A stretch of DNA of 64,000 bases from the sequence record PQ338057.1. One strand, written 5' to 3'. Both the position numbers and the translations under genes were made by a program. The stretch comes from a phage. Below are positions 19,667-28,489 of the stretch, piece by piece. Each line of letters opens with the position of its first letter. Within the stretch, counting starts at the first letter, position 1. A model generated the notes under the pieces. The model was given only the letters and a program-made list of their open reading frames with translations, was not told the origin of the DNA and did no database searches.

Positions 19667-19841
19667 TGCGCACCCTTACGTCAGAAAAAACGGGTTTCCT
19701 GGTTGGCTCGGAGAGCATCAGGCGATGCTCTCCGTTCCAACAAGGAAAACAGACAGTAACTCAGATTCAATGCAGGATGCCGAAACAACATCCAGAGGTT
19801 GACCTTAATGATAAACCTCTCGCTAAGGGTGCGCATACGGA
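19667..19841 (-). ncRNA. msr-msd: retron msr-msd non-coding RNA (Ec86): msr about 19749-19841, msd about 19681-19766, a1/a2 inverted repeats at 19824-19835 and 19667-19678
   Basis: Minus strand reads ATGCGCACCCTTAGCGAGAGGTTTATCATTAAGGTCAACC...; plus strand 19681-19766 reads TCAGAAAAAACGGGTTTCCTGGTTGGCTCGGAGAGCATCAGGCGATGCTCTCC..., the msDNA-Ec86 sequence as recalled. Confidence 0.9.
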
Positions 19842-20746
19842 ATCTTATCATAGTTAAATGTTGATTTTCTACGGTTTTCAAAATTCATAATCTCAAGCCG
19901 CAATCGGTCAAGTGTCTTTCTATCAAAGACGCTCCTAACATAGCTAGCCCCCAAAGCAGTGACCTGATAACCATCAGTCATTTGAAGTATTTTTCGTTCA
20001 TTTATTAGACGAGAAACAACGGATCTAACAATAATTTTAGATAAAACATCATCTTGCTTTATCGCTTTAAAAGCTAGTTCACACAGTGTGCGGTAGTTGA
20101 CACTATCCAGTAAATAGATACAAGGCAATAGAAACCGCTCTGCGTATAATATATTTCCAATATCTTTTGATACTTTATTTTCTTTCCTAACCTTCTTAAT
20201 AGATGCCATTAATTTTTTATATAATCGTAATTTTCTGGCAACATCAATAGATGAATCACACATTTCTTTTAGTTCATTTGAACTACAACGCAAAACAGAT
20301 TTTGAATTAAACTTACGCAACAGGCGAACAGGACCATAGTTAATAAAGCTACGTTTTGATTTAAATTTTGCATCTTGAATGCAAATCAACTTTCTCCTTA
20401 AGTTTTCATTATTAGAGAACGCACCAAGCTCTGTGAAAGACCCCGGACTTTCAGGAAATAAAATTATTACATCGACAGCTTCAGCCAGAATATTTTCTAA
20501 ACTTAAAAGGCTATGCTGCCCTTGACCAGCCAAAAGATCATCAAATAGATCTTCTGGATAAAATATATCAACATCACTGAACTTTGCTAAAAATTGTGAT
20601 AATTGATGACGCCAAGATTGATGATTAGCAACGTCACCACCACATAGAAAAATGGTTATTTTAATATTAGCTCCTCGATAGAAGCCTTTCTTTGTGAGAT
20701 GTCCTATAAGCTGTTGTTGCTGCTCATCGGTAAATTTTTTATTCAT
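19823..20746 (-). CDS. retron effector, nucleoside 2-deoxyribosyltransferase-like (NDT-like) protein, 307 aa
   Basis: Upstream of msr-msd on the same strand, stop codon inside the msr a1 region; Rossmann-like motifs (IFLCGGD, ILFPESPGSFTELG); AT-rich; NDT assignment from recall of Retron-Eco1, not verified. Confidence 0.75.
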   Translation of the reverse strand: MNKKFTDEQQQQLIGHLTKKGFYRGANIKITIFLCGGDVANHQSWRHQLSQFLAKFSDVDIFYPEDLFDDLLAGQGQHSLLSLENILAEAVDVIILFPESPGSFTELGAFSNNENLRRKLICIQDAKFKSKRSFINYGPVRLLRKFNSKSVLRCSSNELKEMCDSSIDVARKLRLYKKLMASIKKVRKENKVSKDIGNILYAERFLLPCIYLLDSVNYRTLCELAFKAIKQDDVLSKIIVRSVVSRLINERKILQMTDGYQVTALGASYVRSVFDRKTLDRLRLEIMNFENRRKSTFNYDKIPYAHP

Positions 20747-21218
20747 AATCTCCCCGCTTTTTTTTCTACTTTATACATCAAGTTATGAATAGATCCAATC
20801 TCCATACCACATGGCGCGCGCTCGTATCCCCGCCACGCCTGCCCGCTTTATGCAGTGGTTTTCATGCACATGCATAACATGAGCAAAAGCCCGCCAGTTC
20901 TGGCGGATCTGAGCAAAGACGATCCTCAATCGATCATGCGATTTCATGCAGCATAGTCATGCACTGTCAAGGAAGTGAAAATCCGTATCTGAATGGCCAC
21001 TTGAAAAACGGATCATACGGGTTTACAAAGATGAATGTTCGCTGTGAACGGGAAGCGGAAGTTAACTTTCAGATAACATAATCCATATGCACGAGAACCT
21101 CTAAAATAGAATGGGACACCTAAGCGGGGTACTTACAACGATTCTTTCCATATTCACAGTTAACACTCTGTTTGGCGTATTTTTATTCAAATAGCAAACA
21201 CCAATAAAAGGAGTTTCC

Positions 21219-21554
21219 ATGAACAATATTCCCCCTATACCACAGTTAGGAATTTATGTCTCAAAAATCGATCCCACCCTACGTATCACTGTAACCGATG
21301 TTGATATTGTTGATGGTGAGGATGATTCTCCTGATGATGAATTGTTTTATTTAGTCCACTGGATCGAGGGGGAAGATGAAAGTGATATGACAGCAATGGG
21401 ATTTGAGCTAGACCCAGTAGAGTGGCAGGCTTTCGTTGAATCTGAGCAATTAGTGTTTGAGCGTGATCCGTACATGGATTCAATCCCCGAAAATTCAAAC
21501 TTGGCAAAGATTCGGGATTTTCTCATGAAGACTAAACAGAATGATCATTCGTAA
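21219..21554 (+). CDS. small acidic protein of unknown function (111 aa)
   Basis: AAAGGAG RBS 7 nt upstream of ATG; very D/E-rich; located in the accessory slot next to the retron. Confidence 0.6.
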   Translation: MNNIPPIPQLGIYVSKIDPTLRITVTDVDIVDGEDDSPDDELFYLVHWIEGEDESDMTAMGFELDPVEWQAFVESEQLVFERDPYMDSIPENSNLAKIRDFLMKTKQNDHS

Positions 21555-21746
21555 GTGTAAGCATCCATCAGGAAAATGGTTTTGTAAGTGAATCATCAAC
21601 TTTTAGAGAGTCTCAGACACTCCCACTTCTGCTTCTGACACAAAGCGGACGATCACTTATCAAAATAACCGCCCACCTTACGCCTTATTTCACTCATTGC
21701 CCAAACTAGCCCCCATCAGAATGAATCCTCCTGGGGGCAACATTTC

Positions 21747-21980
21747 TTAATGCAGCCAGCTGTCGTCCTCCCACACCTTCTGCATAATTTTCATCACTTG
21801 TTTTCTTTCTTCATCCAGTTGCAGTCCGGTTAGTTCCACACCGTTAGAGCTACCTTTGCGAATGCGAATTACCGTTTTGGGATACAGGGGGCGCAGATTG
21901 CGGTAAAGCTCGGATTCAAGGGCGTCCAGGGTAGACTGGCTAATCTTCTGCTCTTTATCGATCATTATTTCAATGCGCAT
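21747..21980 (-). CDS. DinI-family protein (77 aa from MRIEIMIDKEQ)
   Basis: Resembles DinI (MRIEV...ALE.EL...QETWE..DW); GAGGTGA RBS; start at internal Met of track ORF 21747..22052. Confidence 0.7.
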   Translation of the reverse strand: MRIEIMIDKEQKISQSTLDALESELYRNLRPLYPKTVIRIRKGSSNGVELTGLQLDEERKQVMKIMQKVWEDDSWLH

Positions 21981-21990
21981 AAAAGTCACC

Positions 21991-22179
21991 TCAGCTGATG
22001 ACATCCATTGAGCGGTTGTATTCGTGGCTTCTGATTTTTGCCATGAGTTCATCAGTCAATTCAGAAACCCACTGCAGAGCCAGCCCCTTCTCTTCATCAC
22101 TACACTCACTAGCCGCTACAAGCTTAAGAAAAAAATCAATGCGCTGGAGCTTCAAAGACTCCAAAAAATAGTCCTGCAT
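21991..22179 (-). CDS. small protein (62 aa), first gene of SOS-controlled operon; possible Tum-like antirepressor N-terminal part
   Basis: AGGAGG RBS 6 nt upstream; LexA box overlaps the promoter; stop is 10 nt before the DinI-like start. Confidence 0.55.
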   Translation of the reverse strand: MQDYFLESLKLQRIDFFLKLVAASECSDEEKGLALQWVSELTDELMAKIRSHEYNRSMDVIS

Positions 22180-22219
22180 CTTTCCTCCTATGACACCAAA
22201 ACAATACTGTATACATAAC

Positions 22220-22239
22220 CACTGTTTATATTTACAGTA
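22220..22239. promoter_or_regulatory. LexA (SOS) box CACTGTTTATATTTACAGTA
   Basis: CTGT-N8-ACAG with AT-rich spacer, about 40 bp upstream of the 22179 start codon. Confidence 0.7.
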
Positions 22240-22331
22240 TATAATAATCTTACTGATGTAAAACGTTTTTTTACGTTCATCGGCCTGATATGCCTGGTAT
22301 TATTAAGAGCACGAATTGTCAACCCGCGTAA

Positions 22332-24752
22332 TTAATACAGGTTCCGCCACTTATCATCTTCCTTCAGACGCTGGTTCCGATAGAAGATACGCAGGCCTGC
22401 TCCTGACGGAATACTGCCGCCGCGAAGGAGCAAATCGACTTCTTTCTCGCTGCCATCAAATCCCCTGGACTTCAGTTCATAGACGAGCTGCTGTCGCTGA
22501 TGGTCTGTAATTCGCTGTTTGTAGTCTTTACGCCGTTTCGGTTTCACCTGGCGTAACCTTGCAGCCAGTTCCCGGCGCTCTTTTTTGCTCATACTGTGCA
22601 GGTAATTGTGCAACTCCTTGTCATTCATACGGGTAATATCCGTTCTGGAGTCCCCATCAGCTGATTTGTCTTTCCCTTGTTGGTTCAAATTTTCAGCAAG
22701 GGGACAGTTATTGCCACGAGTCCAAGGGGCGCAAGCGCCCTGGTCGGCTGCCGCCTCCTGAACGTCAACGGCCTTACGAACCATTTTCCACTTCACCGCA
22801 TGAGTGCAGATCTTGCCCTCTGCAATGGGTGACCAGATGCCATAAATACGAATACCGTGATCGCCATATGCGGTCGGTTCTTCGTTGATTTCATAAGCAG
22901 TTCTGATGAGGTGATATTTGCGGGGAACCAGTACGCCGCCCTGCTTCATGATGTAGGTGGCAAAACAACCAGCATCAGCAGCAGCCAGGATTGCATCAAG
23001 ACGCGGGTTATCCAGTACCGGCGCACCTGCTTTTTTGTCACCCTGTTGCCTTGCCGCCTGACCAGCCAGCAATCGCAGTTCACGGTAAGCCTGACGCCCC
23101 GGAATGCCAAAGAAGCGGAATTGCTGAACACGATGCAGAGACGCCCAGGCATTAACGTATTCAGCGTTATCACGCAGGGATTTACCCGTTTCCTTGCTGA
23201 TCTCCCCAGCCAGACCACGCCCGTCAATGTTCTTACTGATGTATTTCGCGATATAGCTTGTTGGCGTACCTTTGCGCGGGTTTATCAGCTCAGACTTAAA
23301 GCGTGGTCCCGTGTTATTGCCCAGCTCCTCGCGGTCTTCACGGATGGCAAACTTACGCAGTAATGCAGTGATGGCGCGGCGGTCTTTTTTACGCATGAAA
23401 CACATGAGATGCCAGTGCACAGTACCGTCATGATGCGGCTCAGCTACCCGCACGCCATACCAGCGCAACTCGGCTTTATGCATAGCCTTACGAAATGCAG
23501 CAAACATGCCGACCAGATAATCGCTACTTTGTCTTACCGTCGCGTTTGTCCAGGTCGGGTTTGGTCTGCCGTTATTGAGCGTGGAATGGAAACGCGACGG
23601 ACAGGTGATAGTGTAGAAAACGGCACAGTCACTGCGCATTTCCGCGATAAGCTCCAGACCTTTAACACAGGCCATCATCTCATTGCGGCGATGCGCCGGG
23701 TTGCTGCTGCTGGCGTTTACCACATCTTCCATATCCAGCGTGTCGCCGTCTTCGTTCACCAGTTCATGAGAACGAAAAAACTCCAGCGACTTACGGCGCT
23801 GCTCACGTTTATGCATCACGGCTTCATAGCTGACATAGGGGGATGCTTTTTTGCTGACCAGGCAGACAGCACGCAACTGCTCTTCCCGCCATTCGCAACG
23901 CATCTTCCATAATTTCCGATACCACCAGTCGGCACACAACATACGCGCCAGCGAACCCGGGATGAGTTCATAGAGCACTGGTTTGCGGCGGTTTATTTTC
24001 CGACGAAGTTTCTCAAACGCAGGCGGGATAACATCCAGACGCAGGGTTTCCGCTGCCACCTTTTCCCATGTCTTGCGGATTTCTTCTGGCTTAACGTCAT
24101 CGGTGGCATACAAATCACCACAAGCGTCCTCAAGACACATGCTCATATGCGCTGCTACCAGGGTGGACAGGCGTTTCACCTGATCCTGGCTCATTTCAGG
24201 CAGGATCAGCAGACCCTCCAGCCCTTGATGGCTTGCCATAAAACGGAAAGAAACAGATAGCTGACTGTCACGTACACAATCCAGTCGCTCCAGACATGGC
24301 TTAATCGTCTCACGCAAATAGCGGGAATAAGCCTTTGGCCTGCCCAGGCTGCTGAAGTATTCAATACGTTGCATCAGCGGCTTGCTGATATGGGAAGGCT
24401 GGGCGTTTACGTCCGCCAGAATGACCATGTCCGGATTAAAACGCTGCTGCTCATGCGCCAGCTTTGCCCGGCTAATGAGCTTATCCTGCTCCATTTCGCG
24501 CTGGACAGGATCACGGGATTCATTAAAGAAATAACGCTCCCAGACCTGCTCACTCAGTGCCTCGCGGCGCAGTTGTTCCTGCTCGTTATCGGCAGCGTAC
24601 AGAGTGATCAGGTTTGAAAGTGCAGACTCCGGCGCAACTTCCGCCGGGTCCAGATAAGGGTTAATGGCCTTTTTCGAGCCGTTCCATGAAAATGCTGCGG
24701 CGGCCTCGTTAAAGCCGCTGCAATAGTTCATATCGTCATGACTCATACACAC
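22332..24752 (-). CDS. replication initiation protein gpA (rolling-circle nicking endonuclease)
   Basis: 806-aa ORF; P2/186 A-like, with HUH-like motif (TVHWHLMCF) and tyrosine region ([13 protein letters not shown]). Confidence 0.85.
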   Translation of the reverse strand: MCMSHDDMNYCSGFNEAAAAFSWNGSKKAINPYLDPAEVAPESALSNLITLYAADNEQEQLRREALSEQVWERYFFNESRDPVQREMEQDKLISRAKLAHEQQRFNPDMVILADVNAQPSHISKPLMQRIEYFSSLGRPKAYSRYLRETIKPCLERLDCVRDSQLSVSFRFMASHQGLEGLLILPEMSQDQVKRLSTLVAAHMSMCLEDACGDLYATDDVKPEEIRKTWEKVAAETLRLDVIPPAFEKLRRKINRRKPVLYELIPGSLARMLCADWWYRKLWKMRCEWREEQLRAVCLVSKKASPYVSYEAVMHKREQRRKSLEFFRSHELVNEDGDTLDMEDVVNASSSNPAHRRNEMMACVKGLELIAEMRSDCAVFYTITCPSRFHSTLNNGRPNPTWTNATVRQSSDYLVGMFAAFRKAMHKAELRWYGVRVAEPHHDGTVHWHLMCFMRKKDRRAITALLRKFAIREDREELGNNTGPRFKSELINPRKGTPTSYIAKYISKNIDGRGLAGEISKETGKSLRDNAEYVNAWASLHRVQQFRFFGIPGRQAYRELRLLAGQAARQQGDKKAGAPVLDNPRLDAILAAADAGCFATYIMKQGGVLVPRKYHLIRTAYEINEEPTAYGDHGIRIYGIWSPIAEGKICTHAVKWKMVRKAVDVQEAAADQGACAPWTRGNNCPLAENLNQQGKDKSADGDSRTDITRMNDKELHNYLHSMSKKERRELAARLRQVKPKRRKDYKQRITDHQRQQLVYELKSRGFDGSEKEVDLLLRGGSIPSGAGLRIFYRNQRLKEDDKWRNLY

Positions 24753-25600
24753 ACTCCGTACACGGCAGAACTATCCACGCCACGCGAAGGATCAAATCCC
24801 AACCAGCAGCTCGGCCCGGAAACAGCAATGATTTCTGTTGCAGATTTACCCTCGCCAGCTGACACGCCGATGCTGCGTTTTGCCTTGATATAGTGGTGAG
24901 TAAAATTGCGATACAGCGAACGAATCAGGGATGTGTCATTGTTAGAAACAATGACCGGATGTCCTTCTGATGACCGATGTTCAAGAATGGATGCCAGGTG
25001 ATACTGGTCATCTTCAGTGAAACCATCAGTGTGATAGCCGGAAAACGTACCGTCATACGGCGGATCGCAATACACCACATCCCCCACCTGCAGCATCGCC
25101 AGCGTTTCATCAAAGCTCGCGCAGATAAACGTTGCCCGCTGGGCTTTCTCTGCAAATGCGCGAATTTCTTTTTCAGGGAAATACGGATTTTTATAATTAC
25201 CGTAGGGAATGTTGAAATACCCGCTCTTGTTATAGCGACATAAACCACGGTAACCGTGACGATTGAGATACAGGAAATATATCGCCTTCATGAAATCAGT
25301 AATTTCAGTTGAGTAATTAAACTCCTGTCTTATGTTGTAATAAGCCAGCTCACTGTTTGCTTCCTCAAATAAAACTTTGGCACGAGATATAAACGCTTCG
25401 CAATCAGCGGCAATCTTTTTATAGAGGTTGATTAAATCAGGATTAATATCCGCAACCAGATAGCTGGGGTAATCCGTCGCCATCATCACAGCACAAGAAC
25501 CCGCGAAAGGTTCAACCAGTCGCGGGCCAGCAGGAAGGTATTTTTTCAGTTCGGACATAATGGCGGTTTTATTACCCGCCCATTTCAGGATGGTGCTCAT
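24743..25600 (-). CDS. DNA adenine methyltransferase (Dam-like, N6-adenine MTase)
   Basis: [12 protein letters not shown]-terminus; DPPY catalytic motif; start overlaps upstream gene (ATGA), stop overlaps gene A start. Confidence 0.85.
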   Translation of the reverse strand: MSTILKWAGNKTAIMSELKKYLPAGPRLVEPFAGSCAVMMATDYPSYLVADINPDLINLYKKIAADCEAFISRAKVLFEEANSELAYYNIRQEFNYSTEITDFMKAIYFLYLNRHGYRGLCRYNKSGYFNIPYGNYKNPYFPEKEIRAFAEKAQRATFICASFDETLAMLQVGDVVYCDPPYDGTFSGYHTDGFTEDDQYHLASILEHRSSEGHPVIVSNNDTSLIRSLYRNFTHHYIKAKRSIGVSAGEGKSATEIIAVSGPSCWLGFDPSRGVDSSAVYGVCV

Positions 25601-25824
25601 ACAGCACCTCCGTTGTAATGTTTGCCTTTCAGCTCTGCGATTTCCTGGCAGGTAATGCAAAGCTGCACTCCAGGAATGGCACGGCGGCGTGCTGGCGGAA
25701 TTGGCGCTTCACACTCAACGCAAAGCACGCGGGACACGCCCGGCGTTTTGGCACGGGCAGCACGGATATGGCGTTGGCGTTCTTCTTCAACGCGCTGCTG
25801 TACGAGATCCATTGCATCAGCCAT
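25597..25824 (-). CDS. DksA/TraR-family C4 zinc-finger protein
   Basis: CVECEAPIPPARRRAIPGVQLCITCQ C4 motif; 75 aa. Confidence 0.7.
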   Translation of the reverse strand: MADAMDLVQQRVEEERQRHIRAARAKTPGVSRVLCVECEAPIPPARRRAIPGVQLCITCQEIAELKGKHYNGGAV

Positions 25825-26063
25825 CAGTGGATCTCCTGCGCTTCGTTCTGGATTGCTTCAGCAGTCACACGCAGCAGTTCTGCCGCTTCGACGTGGTTTA
25901 GCTGGCGGGAGGTGATATGACACGCCAGGCTATCGAGGCGAGCAGCCATTGCTTCAGCCCTTGCCCGGCGTTCTTCCAGACGAGCCTCTGTCAGTAAAAG
26001 ATTAAGACCTGCATCATCCGGTCCGGTTTTGGTCGTGAGGGTTTCAATATTACGCATAAGCAA
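25824..26063 (-). CDS. hypothetical phage early protein (79 aa)
   Basis: ORF in early operon, overlapping start/stop arrangement. Confidence 0.4.
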   Translation of the reverse strand: MLMRNIETLTTKTGPDDAGLNLLLTEARLEERRARAEAMAARLDSLACHITSRQLNHVEAAELLRVTAEAIQNEAQEIH

Positions 26064-26124
26064 TTCTCCTGAATTTAGATAAAGGGATGCCCGGCGGGTT
26101 TACGCCATTAATTTCATTAGTTGG

Positions 26125-26466
26125 TTAATTCGGCATGGTTAGCCGTCTGGGAAATAAGCTCACCACTGCACGAAAATGATTCATTGCTTTAATCAACTCC
26201 CGCTTTTCGTCAGTGGTCAGCTCATTAATGCTGATGCTATGACGTTCAGCTGGAATTTTTGCCATAAAGAATATGGCAGCCAGTGCCCGTTTATTTTGTT
26301 CATTATTGATATCCCGTGGATCACGCATATCTTTAATAAACCGCTCAAGCTCTGACTCAATATTCAAACCAAAAACTTTCGCCCTTAACTCCGCAATATG
26401 ATTAAGTCCATTCAGGCGTTCACCGGGTCTTAATGGAACAGTCGCCGCAGCGCCTTCAATAGCCAT
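26125..26466 (-). CDS. hypothetical phage early protein (113 aa)
   Basis: ORF in early operon. Confidence 0.4.
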   Translation of the reverse strand: MAIEGAAATVPLRPGERLNGLNHIAELRAKVFGLNIESELERFIKDMRDPRDINNEQNKRALAAIFFMAKIPAERHSISINELTTDEKRELIKAMNHFRAVVSLFPRRLTMPN

Positions 26467-26630
26467 TTGTTCCCCCGTTTTTTCGTAGATAGTTCTGCCA
26501 GCAATTCATCTTGTGAACGGCACGGATGCCAGCGTTTTCCATCCTCACCCATGATCCAGCCGTGACCGTAGTGCATTGCCGGGCTTTGCTTTACCAGCAG
26601 CGATGCAAATGATGGTTCTTTCGTCAGCAT
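26430..26630 (-). CDS. hypothetical small phage protein
   Basis: ORF downstream of the CII-like gene; start uncertain. Confidence 0.3.
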   Translation of the reverse strand: MLTKEPSFASLLVKQSPAMHYGHGWIMGEDGKRWHPCRSQDELLAELSTKKRGNKWLLKALRRLFH

Positions 26631-26637
26631 AAGCACC

Positions 26638-27153
26638 TCACAGCAAACCGAATGAAGCACCGAGGCCAGTCACGGTATCAACTGCACTCGCCATCGCAGG
26701 GTTAGCCTGTAAACGGGCCTGCAATGAAACAGCAGCCAACGCCATCAGTCGTGTTACAGAGTTAATGCTGCTGATAGCATCACGACGACCTGCACTGGTT
26801 TTTACATCGCCAGATACCGCACCTGCAGCAACACGCCCGATCTCTGCGGTTGCACTCATGACGTAATGTGGCAGTTTCTCTTTTGCCACCTCATTAATCG
26901 GTACGCATGGCAGGCAGTGAATCTGAGCCAGAAAACCATCTACCAGCGTTGAATCTTCAGTCAGATCGGTAAGCAGCCAGATTTCTGGTGCGGTTAATAA
27001 ATGAGGTTGCGCTGGGTTCAACTTGTTCCGCAGAATCTGCACATTCATGCCAGCACGTTCTGCCAGTTGCACCAGGTTGTGGCGCAATGCGAATGCACGA
27101 CAGGCTTCATCAAAATGTGGATGTTTGGAAACTTGGTAATCAAACATGGTCAA
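26638..27153 (-). CDS. CII-like early regulator (186 CII-type)
   Basis: 171 aa, second gene of the early operon after the Apl-like gene; N-terminal HTH-like region. Confidence 0.55.
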   Translation of the reverse strand: MTMFDYQVSKHPHFDEACRAFALRHNLVQLAERAGMNVQILRNKLNPAQPHLLTAPEIWLLTDLTEDSTLVDGFLAQIHCLPCVPINEVAKEKLPHYVMSATAEIGRVAAGAVSGDVKTSAGRRDAISSINSVTRLMALAAVSLQARLQANPAMASAVDTVTGLGASFGLL

Positions 27154-27179
27154 TGCCTCTGATGTATTTCAGAATCGAA

Positions 27180-27401
27180 CTAATTAAGGTTTAGATTGCA
27201 TTCTGAAAGCGCATCAACGGTCATTGCTGCTATGTTGATCATCACTTTTTCGCGTTTTTTATCTTTGCGCAGTCGGTGACGGATAAGGCGTCCATCAGCC
27301 AACATGTCATTGATGGTATCGATGGATAGCCCTGTCAGCTCGCTATAGCGTTCAATAGTCACATGAGGGGTGGTAAGAGTGATTGAAATGTTAGGTCTCA
27401 T
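27180..27401 (-). CDS. Apl/Cox-like excisionase and regulator
   Basis: 73-aa HTH protein ([22 protein letters not shown]) divergent from the CI-like gene. Confidence 0.55.
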   Translation of the reverse strand: MRPNISITLTTPHVTIERYSELTGLSIDTINDMLADGRLIRHRLRKDKKREKVMINIAAMTVDALSECNLNLN

Positions 27402-27520
27402 GATGCAACATTCCTCGTTTAATGATGATTAATCAGGACGAATACGGATCGTTTGTATTTTGTGAACACCATAAACATACGATCGCACAGTGAAATCGTC
27501 AAGATAAAAGTTCACTTGGA

Positions 27521-28096
27521 GTGACCATGAATTTGGAGAAAGGCGGACGAGGCGCTATAGAGCGCATGGTAGAAGCTTATGGATTCAAGACTCGACAGGC
27601 GTTGTGCGATCATTTAGGAATCTCTAAAAGTACACTCGCCACACGCTACATGCGTGACTCATTCCCAGCAGAATGGGTAATCCAGTGCGCCCTTGAAACA
27701 GGCACCTCGCTTAATTGGCTCACAACCGGGCATGGTTCAAAGCAAACTTCAGGTAATACAAATACTATGGAAGTTGCTAAATATGTATTATCTGATGGGG
27801 CCTTGTGTGAAGACGGTTTTTATATTTTCGATAGAGAATTTCTACCGTCGGCATTCAAGAATCTTTTTGTAATCACAGATAATAATTCTGAATTTATTTG
27901 TGATAAGGAATTTGATGATATACGTGATGGTAAATGGGTAATAAGTATTGATGGCGAAATAACGATCCGTGACATTACTCGTTTACCCGGTGGAAGAATC
28001 TTCGTCGAGGGTGGAAATAGAGCCTTCGAGTGCAAGATAGAAGATGTTGAAATAATTGGGAAAATTATAAGTTTAACAATTAAGTACGTTAGGTAA
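27521..28096 (+). CDS. CI-like immunity repressor (186 CI-type)
   Basis: 191 aa; N-terminal HTH (ALCDHLGISKSTLATRY); position upstream of int. Confidence 0.6.
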   Translation: MTMNLEKGGRGAIERMVEAYGFKTRQALCDHLGISKSTLATRYMRDSFPAEWVIQCALETGTSLNWLTTGHGSKQTSGNTNTMEVAKYVLSDGALCEDGFYIFDREFLPSAFKNLFVITDNNSEFICDKEFDDIRDGKWVISIDGEITIRDITRLPGGRIFVEGGNRAFECKIEDVEIIGKIISLTIKYVR

Positions 28097-28111
28097 TACC
28101 GGGAGGAAACT

Positions 28112-28303
28112 ATGCTTGGTAAGGTATTTTTTGTGGTTTTATCATGCTCTTTGTTATTAAACCCACTAACTACCTATGCTAAAAATTATCCTTGTTCTGG
28201 GAAAAAGGGAGGTGTCTCTCACTGTACCTCCGATGGAAAGTTCGTTTGCAATGATGGAACTATTAGTAAATCAAAAAAAATCTGTACTAAAAACTCGCGA
28301 TAA
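28112..28303 (+). CDS. small secreted cysteine-rich peptide (63 aa precursor)
   Basis: GGGAGG RBS; signal-peptide-like N-terminus; four Cys in the mature ~40 aa; AT-rich. Confidence 0.55.
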   Translation: MLGKVFFVVLSCSLLLNPLTTYAKNYPCSGKKGGVSHCTSDGKFVCNDGTISKSKKICTKNSR

Positions 28304-28489
28304 ATTTTGCTTTTATATCTGCGCCTAATATAACAATGAGCCGCAGGCTAACCGCAAAAGTCACATACTCACATAGCAAAAAATAGCTAACTTCATTATG
28401 GCTTCAGTGAGATGTATGGTCGCAGGATTTCATACATTGACACTGGTTATACATACAGTAAAAATGCTCTCTACTGGAGGGCATTTTTT

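Noticed and set aside
19681-19881. ORFs 19566..19802 (+), 19666..19857 (+), 19681..19881 (-) across the retron ncRNA
   Set aside because: The region is explained by msr-msd; these translations are incidental
22857-23912. Plus-strand ORFs 22857..23363 and 23409..23912
   Set aside because: Antisense within replication gene A
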